Source: Actinomycetes bacterium (GTDB lineage: Bacteria; Actinomycetota; UBA4738). Taken from it: a DNA stretch of 47,837 bases. The notes below the pieces were generated by a model. The model was given only the letters and a program-made list of their open reading frames with translations. It was not told the origin of the DNA and searched no databases. The stretch lies in contig JAJYHN010000064.1 of NCBI GenBank assembly GCA_021784765.1, positions 1-47,837 of the forward strand, in the 5' to 3' direction. The position numbers and the translations under genes are program-made. Positions 17,756 to 33,458 of the stretch are shown here, one piece after another; the stretch's first letter is position 1, and each line of letters opens with the position of its first letter.

Positions 17756-17931
17756 GTCCGGTAGGTGGCCTGGGCCCACCTCGGCAGGGGAGATCTCGTG
17801 GCGGCGTCGGTCGCCAGGCTCACCTTCGACTCCTGAGGCACCGGTTGGGTAGACAACTGCGTGACAGAAGCCCGCCCGGCGCGTTCCCCGGGGCCTTCGT
17901 GTCTAGGTCGAAAAGGTGCCGTGACCTGCGG

Positions 17932-18017
17932 TGTCGGAGGGGGGATTTGAACCCCCACGGGTTATGCACCCACTAGGCCCTCAACCTAGCGCGTCTACCT
18001 AGTTCCGCCACTCCGAC
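17932..18017 (-). tRNA. tRNA-Leu (anticodon GAG), type II with long variable arm
   Basis: Minus strand: GTCGGAG-TG-GCGGAACTAGGTAGACGC-G-CTAGG-TTGAGGG-CCTAG-TGGGTGCATAACCCGT-GGGGGTTCAAATCCCCC-CTCCGAC-A. It has a perfect 7-bp acceptor stem, a 5-bp anticodon stem, loop TTGAGGG and a GTTCAAATC T-loop. CCA is not encoded. Confidence 0.93.
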
Positions 18018-18068
18018 GAGATGCGCTCCCGGCTCTCCGGCTCCCCGCCCGGCCGCCCGCCCGCCCGC

Positions 18069-18299
18069 CTACCGCCACTTCCAGGCGAGCCAGAACGACG
18101 TCAGTCCGAAGATGATGGCCGTCACCACCGTGATGCGGTCGAGGTTGCGCTCCATGCTCGTCCCGCCGGCGAGCCCCCCCGAGCCCCCGAACATGTCCGA
18201 CAGCCCGCTGCCCTTCCCGGAGTGCAGCAGGATGAACACGACGAGGAACAGGGCTGAGATGACCTCGAGCACGATCGCGATGTCGTTCAGCACGGCCAC
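18069..18299 (-). CDS. secG: preprotein translocase subunit SecG
   Basis: 76-aa ORF (GTG start) with two TM helices flanking the Gly-rich loop LHSGKGSGLSDMFGGSGG. It sits in the conserved position before tRNA-Leu. Confidence 0.9.
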   Translation of the reverse strand: MAVLNDIAIVLEVISALFLVVFILLHSGKGSGLSDMFGGSGGLAGGTSMERNLDRITVVTAIIFGLTSFWLAWKWR

Positions 18300-18362
18300 G
18301 ATGATAGGGGCTGGCGGGCCCGGCGACCAGCGATCGCGCCGCCCACACCCGTCGGGAACCCC

Positions 18363-19423
18363 CTATTCGGACACCCCCGCGGTCTCCATGATCGCCCGGT
18401 CCTCCAGCGGGAAGTGGCACGCGGCCAGCTGCCCCGGATGATGGACCTCGAGCACCGGCTCGTCGGTCGAGCACTTCGGCAGCTGGGCCCGCGGGCACCG
18501 CGGGTGGAACCGGCATCCCGACGGCGGGTCGATCGGCGAGGGCACGTCGCCCTCGAGGATGATCCGCTTCTTCTGCGCGGCGAGGTCGGGGTCGGGGATC
18601 GGCACCGCCGACAGCAGCGCCCCCGTGTAGGGGTGCTTCGGGTTGCGGTACAGCATCGCGCCCGGCGCCATCTCGACGACCTTGCCGAGGTACATCACCG
18701 CCACGCGGTCCGAGACGTGCTTCACCACCGACAGGTCGTGCGCGATGAACAGGTAGGTCAGCTTGAACTCGGCCTGCAGGTCCTCCAGCAGGTTCAGGAT
18801 CTGCGCCTGGATCGACACGTCCAGGGCCGACACGGGCTCGTCGGCGATGATCAGCCGCGGCTTCAGCGCCAGCGCCCGCGCCACCCCGATGCGCTGGCGC
18901 TGGCCGCCGGAGAACTCGTGCGGGTAGCGGTTGTAGTGCTCGGGGTTCAGCCCCACGAGCTCCATGAGCTGCTGGACCTCGCCCTTGATCTTGCCCTTCG
19001 AGACCGTCCGGTGGATCCGGAACGGCTCCCCGATGATCGACCCGACCGTCTTGCGGGCGTTCAGCGACGCATACGGGTCCTGGAAGATCATCTGGACCTC
19101 ACGTCGCAGCGGCCGCATCCGCCGCCGGCTGAAGCGCGTGTATTCCTGGCCGTCGTAGAAGAGCTGCCCCTCGGTGGCCTCGAAGAGCTTCATGATGACG
19201 CGCGCCAGCGTGGACTTGCCGCAGCCCGTCTCCCCCACCAGCCCGACGGTCTCGCCAGGGTAGATCTCGAGGTCCACGCCGTCGACGGCGTGGACGTTGC
19301 CAACCGTCCGCTGGAAGATGATGCCCCGGCGGATCGGGAAGTACTTCTTGATGCCGACCAGCTTGACCAGTGGCGTCTGATCGGTCCGCTGCTCGGGCTC
19401 GCTTCGCTCGTTCACCTCGACGC

Positions 19424-19427
<4 letters not shown>
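18363..19427 (-). CDS. oligopeptide/dipeptide ABC transporter ATP-binding protein (OppF/DppF-like)
   Basis: Track ORF trimmed to the GTG at 19425-19427, which overlaps the upstream stop (GTGA). Walker [36 protein letters not shown], and the C-terminal oligopeptide-type motif CRFHPRCP. Confidence 0.9.
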
Positions 19428-20437
<1,010 letters not shown>

Positions 20438-20486
20438 GTCGGCTCCTGTCAGTGCGTCGGGACGAGCATCCGCTCCATGCGCGATC

Positions 20487-21476
20487 TCAGGTGTAGCGGA
20501 CCCGCGGGTCCAGATAGGCGTACACGATGTCGACGAGCAGGTTGGCGAACACGATGAAGAACGCGGCCAGCAGGACCGTCCCCTGGATGATCGGGAGGTT
20601 CTCGTTCAGGATCCCCTGGTAGGCGAGGAGCCCGATCCCGGGAAGGTTGAACGTGACCTCGGTGATGACGGCGCCCCCCAGCAGGAACGCGACGTCCATG
20701 CCGAACATCGTCACCACGGGGGTCAGGGCGCCCCGCAGTCCGTGCTTGAAGACGACCCGGCGCTCGGGCAGGCCCTTGGCGCGCGCCGTCCGAATGTAGT
20801 CCTCGTTCATGGTCTCGAGCAGGTTGCCGCGGACCATCCGTGCGTAGAAGGCCGCGTAGCCGACCGCCAGCGCGGCCCACGGCATGGCGAGGTGGCAGGC
20901 CCACGAGGCCAGCCCGTACGGCCCGAAGTTCCCCGGCGAGTTGAAGATCGGCGCGTACCCGCTCGAGCACGCGATGCCGAGCTTGAACCAGAAGAAGTAG
21001 AGCATCAGCAGCCCGAGCCAGAAGATCGGCACCGACACCCCGAAGAGGGCGAACAGCATCCCGGCCCGGTCGGCCCAGGATCGCCGGCGGAGCGCCGAGA
21101 CGATGCCGATGGGGATCCCCATCAGGAGCCAGAGGACGGCCGCCCCGACCGTCAGCGAGAGCGTCACCGACAGGCGGCTGTACATCTGCGACTTCACCGA
21201 CACCAGGTTGGTGTAGGAGAACCCGAATCCCGGCCACCCGTACTGGTCCCCGAGGACCAGGTGCTTCATGTACGTGAGGTACTGGTACCAGGCCGGATGG
21301 TTCAGACCGAGGTTCACCTCGATCTGGTGCACGAGCGCCGGCGTCGGGTTGCGCCCGGCGATGAGCAGGGCCGGGTTCGCCACCGGCAGCACGTAGAAGA
21401 TCACGAACGTGAGACCGGTGACGATCACGAGGACGAGGAAGATCCACAGGGTCCGGCGGATGATGTAGCGGATCAC
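20487..21476 (-). CDS. Opp/Dpp-type ABC transporter permease (OppB/DppB-like)
   Basis: 329-aa ORF. N-terminus [31 protein letters not shown]; EAA-type loop [27 protein letters not shown]. Confidence 0.9.
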   Translation of the reverse strand: MIRYIIRRTLWIFLVLVIVTGLTFVIFYVLPVANPALLIAGRNPTPALVHQIEVNLGLNHPAWYQYLTYMKHLVLGDQYGWPGFGFSYTNLVSVKSQMYSRLSVTLSLTVGAAVLWLLMGIPIGIVSALRRRSWADRAGMLFALFGVSVPIFWLGLLMLYFFWFKLGIACSSGYAPIFNSPGNFGPYGLASWACHLAMPWAALAVGYAAFYARMVRGNLLETMNEDYIRTARAKGLPERRVVFKHGLRGALTPVVTMFGMDVAFLLGGAVITEVTFNLPGIGLLAYQGILNENLPIIQGTVLLAAFFIVFANLLVDIVYAYLDPRVRYT

Positions 21477-21484
21477 GGGTCCCC

Positions 21485-22486
21485 CTACCGGCCCGTCCTC
21501 GGGTCGAGCGCGTCCCGCAGCCCGTCACCGACCAGGTTGAACGCGAGCGTCGTGAGGAACAGGAAGAGTCCCGGGTAGATCATCATCCATGGCGCGTACT
21601 GGTAGAGGCCCGTCGCGTCGGAGATCATCGCCCCCCACGATGGCGTGGTCGGCTGCACGCCGACCCCAAGGTAGGAGAGCGCCGCCTCGAAGAGGATGTT
21701 CCCCGGGATGATCAGCGACGAGTACACGATGATCGGCATCGCGATGTTCGGCAGGATCTCCCGGAGCATGATCCGCCCGTTGGTCGCCCCGCTCGCGTAC
21801 GCGGCCTCGACGAACTCCTTCTCCCGCAGGGACAGCACCTGCCCGCGGATCAGGCGCGCGATGTAGGGCCAGTTCGCGAACGCGATGATGCCGATCACCA
21901 GCGGGAGCCCCGGCTGGATGTGGAGCTGGATGGGCCTGGGGCCGATGGCGCATCCCTTGGCGCTCGCGCCGCAGACCGCGCTGAGCCCGATGGCGAGCAG
22001 CAGGAGCGGGAGCGAGAGCATCACGTCGATCGCGCGGGAGATCATCACGTCGACCCAGCCCCGGTAGAAGCCGGCGACCACGCCGAGGATGATGCCGATC
22101 GCCACCGAGATCCCCGTCGCAACGAACGCCACGAGGAGCGACGTTCGCGACCCGTAGAGCACCCGGACGAACAGATCCCGACCGAGCTGGTCGTGGCCGA
22201 ACCAGAAGGTGCTGCTTGCGCCGAGCGGGATCCCTGAGCTGGTCGTCCCGATGTCCAGGTACTGGGCGTCGGGCGGGTGGTGGGTGAGGAATGTCACGAA
22301 CAAACCGGCGAAGACCGCGATCAGGATCAGCAGGACGATGAACGTGACCCCGGCGATCGCGAAGCGGTCCCGCCGGAAGCGCCGCCAGAAGACCTGCGCC
22401 AGGGATCTACCTTCGACCTCCCGCTGCGCTCCCTCGCCGGGAACGCCGCCCGCCCCGACCGTCGTCCCGGCCGCGACCTGCGCCAT
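21485..22486 (-). CDS. Opp/Dpp-type ABC transporter permease (OppC/DppC-like)
   Basis: 333-aa ORF with OppC-N-like [23 protein letters not shown] and EAA loop [26 protein letters not shown]. Confidence 0.9.
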   Translation of the reverse strand: MAQVAAGTTVGAGGVPGEGAQREVEGRSLAQVFWRRFRRDRFAIAGVTFIVLLILIAVFAGLFVTFLTHHPPDAQYLDIGTTSSGIPLGASSTFWFGHDQLGRDLFVRVLYGSRTSLLVAFVATGISVAIGIILGVVAGFYRGWVDVMISRAIDVMLSLPLLLLAIGLSAVCGASAKGCAIGPRPIQLHIQPGLPLVIGIIAFANWPYIARLIRGQVLSLREKEFVEAAYASGATNGRIMLREILPNIAMPIIVYSSLIIPGNILFEAALSYLGVGVQPTTPSWGAMISDATGLYQYAPWMMIYPGLFLFLTTLAFNLVGDGLRDALDPRTGR

Positions 22487-22542
22487 ATGGTCTGGAACCC
22501 CCCGGTCTCGATCTCCTGCCCGCGTTCCTCGAACGTCCGCGG

Positions 22543-22551
22543 ATCATACCA
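22543..22551 (-). promoter_or_regulatory. putative extended -10 promoter element upstream of the opp-like operon
   Basis: The minus strand reads TGGTATGAT (TGn + TATGAT) about 57 nt upstream of the ATG at 22486. No convincing -35 hexamer. Confidence 0.3.
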
Positions 22552-22667
22552 GCTACCCTGCAGCGGAGGGCCCTTTGCCCCGGTTCGCCGCGACGCACCC
22601 ACTCCGTGAATACGGCAGCGGGGCCCACTCGGATTTGCCGGGTCGGCGCGCCCCCGCCAGCCCCCTG

Positions 22668-23930
22668 TCACCGCAGCAGCGGCACGACCGACGGGAGGAT
22701 GTCGACGCCCCGAAGGGTGCCGAGTCGCCCGTCTCTCGCCTCTCGCTCCCCGAAGCTCCGCGCCCCGTCGGACGGGACTCCCCCACCGGTCACCAGGAGC
22801 GGGACGGGATCGGCCGTGTGCGCCTTGCGGACGCACGAGGTCGAGTGGTCGGCCGTCACCACCACGACCGTCCCCCTCAGGTCGATCCGCGGCACGACCT
22901 CTGCGAAGAACGCCACGTCGATGTCCTCGATCACCGCACGCTTGTCCAGGGCCCGGCCGTCGTGCGCCGGCACGTCCGGCCCCTTGATGTGGACGTAGAG
23001 GGCGTCGTAGCCCTCCAGCGCCTCGGCCGCCAGCGACGCCCAGGCCGCGTACCGCGCCCGCCGGTCCCCGCCGGTCGGGGCGTCGACCGGGTCCATCCCG
23101 AGCACGAGGGCGATCCCTCGCTCCACCGGCATCTCGACGAAGCAGCCCCACGCGGGGCCGAACCGCTCCTTGATCGGCACCAGCCGCGGGACGTGGTCGC
23201 CCGCGTCCCGGGAGAGGATCAGGTTCGCCGGCAGGCGGCCGGCCGCGCGGCGCCGGGCGTTCACCTCGGAGACGTCGAGCACCCGCGCGGAGTCCTCGGT
23301 GAACCGGTCGACCAGCTCCGAGGCCCTCCGCGTGGCCTCGGCATCGTCGAGGGGCTCGGCGCTCGCCACCCGCGGCTCGAAGGTCTCCAGGGCTACGCCG
23401 AGCGCACCCTCCTTGCGGTAGGCGGGATCGGTGTTCGCGACGTTGGCCGACAGCGACCCCTCCTCGGACCGGATGACCAGCGCCCCACGATGCTCCACGG
23501 TCGCCAGCAGCTCGAACGTGGCGCCGGGCAGGCGGACCCTCTCGTTCACCTCTGCGGCCAGCGCCCGGGCCTCGTCGCTGCCGAGGTCGCGCCCGACCCG
23601 GCGGTCGAGGATCTCGCCACCCCCCTGCGTGGCGAAGTTCACGCGCAGGGCGAGGTCGCCGTCGCGGAACTCCATGCCCGAGCCGAGCGCCTCCAGCACG
23701 CCGCGGCCCGGATGCTCGTGCCGGGGGTCGTACCCGAGGATCGCGAACACCGCGATGTCGGACTCCGGCGCCACGTCCTCCCCCACCGTGTGGACGAGCC
23801 CCAGGGCCCCATCGGCCGCCATCCGATCGAGCACGGGCGTGGCCGCCGCCTCCAGGGGCGTGCGACCGTCCAGCTCCGGGACCGGATCGTCGCCGAGCCC
23901 ATCCAGGCAGACGTACAGCAGTCGCTTCAC
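22668..23930 (-). CDS. apgM: 2,3-bisphosphoglycerate-independent phosphoglycerate mutase, archaeal type
   Basis: 420-aa ORF with a GTG start preceded by GGAGGG. Sequence MKRLLYVCLDGLGDDPVPELDGRTPLE...PVLDRMA...FAILGYDP...LRVNFAT...VVVTADHSTSC matches the ApgM branch of the alkaline-phosphatase-like metalloenzymes. It does not match the roughly 510-aa bacterial GpmI or the dPGM type. Confidence 0.8.
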   Translation of the reverse strand: MKRLLYVCLDGLGDDPVPELDGRTPLEAAATPVLDRMAADGALGLVHTVGEDVAPESDIAVFAILGYDPRHEHPGRGVLEALGSGMEFRDGDLALRVNFATQGGGEILDRRVGRDLGSDEARALAAEVNERVRLPGATFELLATVEHRGALVIRSEEGSLSANVANTDPAYRKEGALGVALETFEPRVASAEPLDDAEATRRASELVDRFTEDSARVLDVSEVNARRRAAGRLPANLILSRDAGDHVPRLVPIKERFGPAWGCFVEMPVERGIALVLGMDPVDAPTGGDRRARYAAWASLAAEALEGYDALYVHIKGPDVPAHDGRALDKRAVIEDIDVAFFAEVVPRIDLRGTVVVVTADHSTSCVRKAHTADPVPLLVTGGGVPSDGARSFGEREARDGRLGTLRGVDILPSVVPLLR

Positions 23931-23964
23931 GAGGTTCCCTCCGCGGCCAGGGGCGGCCGCCCTG

Positions 23965-24746
23965 TCAGCGGTACTTCACGATCAGCGCGAACTCCTCCGG
24001 GTCGAGGCTCGCGCCACCGACCAGCGCCCCGTCGATCTCGGGATGCGCCATGAACTCGCGGATGTTCCCGGCCTTCACGCTGCCCCCGTACTGGATGCGC
24101 ACGCCCGCGGCCGCATCGGGCCCGAACAGGCCGCCCAGGGTCTCGCGAATCAGCCCGACGACCTGCCCGGCGTCGGCAGGGCTCGCGTTCCGGCCGGTGC
24201 CGATCGCCCACACGGGCTCGTAGGCGACCACCGCGCGGCCGGCCTGCTCGGGAGAGAGGCCGAGGCCGCCGAGGCCGGCCCGGACCTGCCGGACGACGAC
24301 ATCCTCGGTACGGCCGGCATCCCGCTCCTCCAGCGTCTCGCCGACGCAGAGGATCGGGAGCATCCCCTCGCGGAGCACCGCGCGAGCCTTCCGCGCCACC
24401 ACCTCGTCGGTCTCGCCGAAGAGTCGCCGGCGCTCGGAGTGCCCCACGATCACGTAGTCGACCTTCAGCGCCGCGAGCATCGGCGCCGAGACCTCCCCCG
24501 TGAACGCACCCTGGGCCTCGGGGTGCACGTCCTGCGCGCCGAGCCCGTACGAGAGCCGATCCGAGTCGATCAGCGTCTGGATGCTCCGCAGGGCGGTGAA
24601 CGGCGGGCAGACGACCACCTCGACGCGCTCGGCGTCGCCGTTCGAGATCAGGTAGGAGAGCTTCTGGACCCACTGGATGGCCTCCAGGTGGGTCTTGTGC
24701 ATCTTCCAGTTCGCCGCGATGATCGGCCGCCGCCCCGGGCCCGGCA

Positions 24747-24747
<1 letters not shown>
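23965..24747 (-). CDS. tpiA: triose-phosphate isomerase
   Basis: 260-aa ORF with IIAANWKMHKT, VGHSERR and YEPVWAIGTG. Its ATG overlaps the pgk stop by 1 nt. Confidence 0.95.
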
Positions 24748-27013
<2,266 letters not shown>

Positions 27014-27045
27014 CTAGCCCCTTCCCCCAGGGGGACGGCGCGATC

Positions 27046-28005
27046 TCAGGCGCGGTCGACGTCGCGGTGGGCAACGGCCACCGGCAGCCCCTTCCCGCGG
27101 AAGTACTCGGCGAGCTCGCCCGCGACCACCACCGAGCGGTGCCGCCCGCCGGTGCAGCCGATCGCGATCGTGAGGTAGGACTTCCCCTCCTCCACGTAGC
27201 CCGGTACGACCACGTCGAGCAGCGACCGCAGCCGGTCCATGAAGTCCGCGTAGGACGGCTGTCGCGTGACGTACTCGCGCACGCGCGGGTCACCGCCGGT
27301 GAGCGGCCGCAGCGCGTCGATCCAGTGGGGGTTCGGCAGGAATCGCACGTCGAGCACCAGGTCGGCGTCGCGCGGGACGCCGTGCTTGAAGCCGAACGAG
27401 ACGATGGACACCTGCAGCGAGGTGTCGGCCGGGCTCTCGGCGAACACCTCGCGGATGCGGTCGCGCAGGTCGTGCGGCGACAGTCCCGAGGTGTCGAGGA
27501 TGAGGTCCGCGTCCTCCTTCAGCGACTCCATCATCAGCCGCTCCTTGCGGATGCCCTCCACCACCCGGTCCGCCGGCGCCAGCGGGTGCCGCCGGCGTGT
27601 CGTCTCGAACCTGCGGACGAGGTCCTCGTCGGACGCTTCCAGGAACAGGATCCGGTAGGGCACCCCCAGCCGCTTCAGCTCCCCGAGCCCGTCGGACAGC
27701 TCGGAGAAGAAGACCCCGCCCCGAACGTCGGCGACGATCGCCACGCGGGACGGCCCTCCGGCACCCGTCGCGAGCTCGGCCATCTTCCCGATGAGGGCCG
27801 GCGGCAGGTTGTCGACGACGAAGTACCCGAGGTCCTCGAACGACTTCGCCGCCTCCGACCGGCCCGCGCCGGACAGGCCCGTGATGATCGTGACGTCGGG
27901 CGTCCCGGCCGGCGCGGTGCGAGCCGCACCAGCCCCCAGAGGGGGGACTTTCGGCGGCTTCGCCGCGCCCGGCGTCCGCGGCCGCCGCGCCCGCTCCGCG
28001 CTCAC
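27046..28005 (-). CDS. rapZ: RNase adapter / P-loop nucleotide-binding protein RapZ (YvcJ family)
   Basis: 319-aa ORF. GTG at 28003-28005 overlaps the uvrC stop (GTGA). Walker A GLSGAGRS, DVRFLPNPHW, AIGCTGGRHRSV. It has a roughly 35-aa Pro/Ala/Lys-rich N-terminal extension. Confidence 0.9.
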   Translation of the reverse strand: MSAERARRPRTPGAAKPPKVPPLGAGAARTAPAGTPDVTIITGLSGAGRSEAAKSFEDLGYFVVDNLPPALIGKMAELATGAGGPSRVAIVADVRGGVFFSELSDGLGELKRLGVPYRILFLEASDEDLVRRFETTRRRHPLAPADRVVEGIRKERLMMESLKEDADLILDTSGLSPHDLRDRIREVFAESPADTSLQVSIVSFGFKHGVPRDADLVLDVRFLPNPHWIDALRPLTGGDPRVREYVTRQPSYADFMDRLRSLLDVVVPGYVEEGKSYLTIAIGCTGGRHRSVVVAGELAEYFRGKGLPVAVAHRDVDRA

Positions 28006-29894
28006 CCGGCCCTCCCCAATGGGGCGCCGTGGAGCCGCTCCCAGATCGTCCTCGCGAGGACCGAACCGATGCCCGGCGTCCCGGCCAGCTCCTCGGGGCT
28101 CGCGGCGCGCACGCGCGCCAGCGAACCGAACCGGCGCAGCAGTGCCTTCTTCCTCGCCTCCCCGACCCCCGGGATCTCGTCCAGCGGCGAGCGCAGGGCG
28201 CGCCGTTCGCGCTTTGCCCGGTGGTAGGTGATGGCGAATCGGTGGGCCTCGTCCCGGATGTGCTGGAGCACGAACAGGGCCTCCGACCCCCGCGGGACCA
28301 CCAGCGGCTCGGGCTGTCCGGGCAGGTAGACCTCCTCAAGGCGCTTGGCCAGCCCGATCACCGGGATCGCCAGATCCCGATCGGCGAGCACCCGCTCGGC
28401 CACCCCGAGCTGTCCGCGCCCGCCGTCCACCACGACCAGCGACGGCGGATACGCGAACCGCCTGCGCGGAGCGGCTCGCTCGCCCTCCGCCGCCGCTCCC
28501 TCGGGACCACCGTCCCCCTGCAGCCGCGCGAACCGCCGCGCCAGCACCTCCTCCATGCTGGCGAAATCGTCCTGCCCGGCCACGCCCTTGATCTCGAACC
28601 TCCGGTAGTCCGTGCGCTTCGGGAGGCCGTCCTCGAACACCACCATCGAGCCGACCTTGTCGGTCGGGCCGAGGTTCGAGATGTCGTAGCACTCGATCCG
28701 CAGGGGCGCCGTCGGCAGGCCGAGCGCCTCCCCGAGCTCGGCCAGCGCCCGCGAGCGCGCACCGAAGTCCGAGGCGCGCTTCAGCTTGTGCCGCTGGAAC
28801 GCCTCGGCGGCGTTGCGCGAGACCACCTCCAGGAGCTTCCGGCCGTCGCCCCGCGCCGGGACGGCGACCTGCACCCGCGTCCCGCGCAGGCCGCCCAGCC
28901 ACTCCTCCAGGACCTCCCGGTCGGCGGGCCACGCCGGCACCAGGATCCGCGGCGGCACCTCGGCCCGCTCCATGTACAGCTCGCGCAGGAACGATGAGAG
29001 CAGGGACGGTGCGTCGAGGTCCTCGACCTTGTCGACGACCCAGCCGCGCCGGCCCATGACCCGGCCGCGCCGGACGACGAAGACCTGCAGCGCGGCCTCG
29101 AGGTCGTCCTCGGCGAGGCCCACCACGTCGAGATCCTCCTCGCGCGGCAGCACCATCTCCTGGCTCTCGATCGCCCGCCGCGCGGCGGCCAGCTGGTCGC
29201 GGAGCTTGGCCGCCCGCTCGAACTCCAGCGCGTCCGCGGCGTCGCGCATCTCCCCCTCGAGCCGCGCCAGCACCGGCCGGTGGTTCCCCTCGAGGAAGTC
29301 GGCCAGGCGCTCGACGAGCTCCCGGTAGCCTCCCTCGGTGGCGCCGGTCTGTCCCGGGACGCACGGCCCGGCGCAGCGCCCGATGTCGTAGTAGAGGCAC
29401 GGCCGCCCTGCCCGCGCCCGCTGGTCGAAGAACGCGTTCGAGCAGGTCCGCACCGGAAACACCCGGGTCAGGGCGTCGAGCGTCTCGCGGATCGCGTAGG
29501 CGTGGCCGTAGGGGCCGAAGTACCGGACGCCCCTGCGCTTCGGCCCCCGCAGCACGCGCGCCCGAGGCCACTGCTCGCCGACCGTCAACGCCAGGAACGG
29601 GTAGGACTTGTCGTCCCGGTATCGGATGTTGAACCGGGGGCGATGCGCCTTGATCAGGTTGTACTCGAGCATCAGGGCGTCGACCTCGGTCGAGGCGAGA
29701 ATCCACTCGACGCTCACGGCCGCGGACGTCATGGCCTCGGTTCGCGGATGCAGGGGTCGCCCCCAGTACGAGGCCAGGCGTCGGCGAAGCGACAGCGCCT
29801 TGCCCACGTAGACGACCCGGCCGTCGGCGTCGCGGAACAGGTAGGCCCCCGGGTGGTCGGGGATCGTCGACGGGTCGGGCCGCGGGAAGCTCAC
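28002..29894 (-). CDS. uvrC: excinuclease ABC subunit C
   Basis: 630-aa ORF (GTG start). GIY-YIG N-terminus GAYLFRDADGRVVYVGKA, UVR domain ALEFERAAKLRDQ, and C-terminal HhH IPGVGEARKKALLRRFGS. Confidence 0.95.
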   Translation of the reverse strand: MSFPRPDPSTIPDHPGAYLFRDADGRVVYVGKALSLRRRLASYWGRPLHPRTEAMTSAAVSVEWILASTEVDALMLEYNLIKAHRPRFNIRYRDDKSYPFLALTVGEQWPRARVLRGPKRRGVRYFGPYGHAYAIRETLDALTRVFPVRTCSNAFFDQRARAGRPCLYYDIGRCAGPCVPGQTGATEGGYRELVERLADFLEGNHRPVLARLEGEMRDAADALEFERAAKLRDQLAAARRAIESQEMVLPREEDLDVVGLAEDDLEAALQVFVVRRGRVMGRRGWVVDKVEDLDAPSLLSSFLRELYMERAEVPPRILVPAWPADREVLEEWLGGLRGTRVQVAVPARGDGRKLLEVVSRNAAEAFQRHKLKRASDFGARSRALAELGEALGLPTAPLRIECYDISNLGPTDKVGSMVVFEDGLPKRTDYRRFEIKGVAGQDDFASMEEVLARRFARLQGDGGPEGAAAEGERAAPRRRFAYPPSLVVVDGGRGQLGVAERVLADRDLAIPVIGLAKRLEEVYLPGQPEPLVVPRGSEALFVLQHIRDEAHRFAITYHRAKRERRALRSPLDEIPGVGEARKKALLRRFGSLARVRAASPEELAGTPGIGSVLARTIWERLHGAPLGRAG

Positions 29895-29903
29895 GCGGCA
29901 ATT

Positions 29904-32867
<2,964 letters not shown>

Positions 32868-33074
32868 GGATCGAATTGTATCGGGGGCGCGCGGAGGCCC
32901 GGGGGGCGACCCGCCGGGGGCGGCACCCGCGACGGTCGACGGTGCGCGACCGCGGCCGACGGGTGCCGGCGCAGGCGAGGGGTCCCGCCGGCGCCGGGAC
33001 CAACGGGCACGCGCCGCCGCCCGGCGTGGGTCGATGCTCGGGACGATGGCGCCCGCTCGGAGGGGGGATGCTCG

Positions 33075-33449
33075 ATGCGGATCGACCAGCTCTTTCGCCG
33101 TGAGGTCGTCGCGGTCTCCGCCGATGAGAGCCTCGCAGAGGCGGCGAGCCGGATGACGTTCAACGAGGTCAGCGCCCTCCCGGTGCTGGAGGGTGGTGAG
33201 CTCGTCGGCATCCTGACCGAGCGGGACGTCGTGCAGGCAGTCGCCGACGAGCGCGATCCGACGACGACGGCGGTGGCCGAGTGCATGACTCCCCGCCCGG
33301 TCACGATCGCGCCCGACGCCGAGGTCTCGGACGCGGCCCGGGCGATGCTGGAGATCGGGGCCCGGCACCTGCCGGTCCTCGACGGCGGCCGCCTGGTCGG
33401 GATGCTCTCGGCCCGCGACCTGCTGGAGGCCGACGCCGAGTGGCCATGA
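33075..33449 (+). CDS. CBS-domain pair protein
   Basis: Track ORF trimmed to the ATG at 33075, preceded by GGAGGGGGG. 124 aa with two CBS repeats ([21 protein letters not shown] and [21 protein letters not shown]). Confidence 0.85.
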   Translation: MRIDQLFRREVVAVSADESLAEAASRMTFNEVSALPVLEGGELVGILTERDVVQAVADERDPTTTAVAECMTPRPVTIAPDAEVSDAARAMLEIGARHLPVLDGGRLVGMLSARDLLEADAEWP

Positions 33450-33458
33450 CGGGCGGCG

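Noticed and set aside
16968-17941. Possible att duplication marking a tRNA-Leu-targeted island. GGTGTCGGA at 16968-16976 matches the tRNA 3' end region at 17930-17938.
   Set aside because: Only about 9-11 nt match, which is within chance expectation for this region size. There is no integrase, excisionase or other mobile gene between the copies.
32868-32895. LexA/SOS (Cheo-type CGAAC-N4-GTTCG) box upstream of uvrA. The candidate is CGAATTGTATCG, just upstream of the uvrA GTG.
   Set aside because: Only the left half resembles the consensus, and the right half (TATCG) is not its inverted complement. I saw no comparable element upstream of uvrB (38035-38132).
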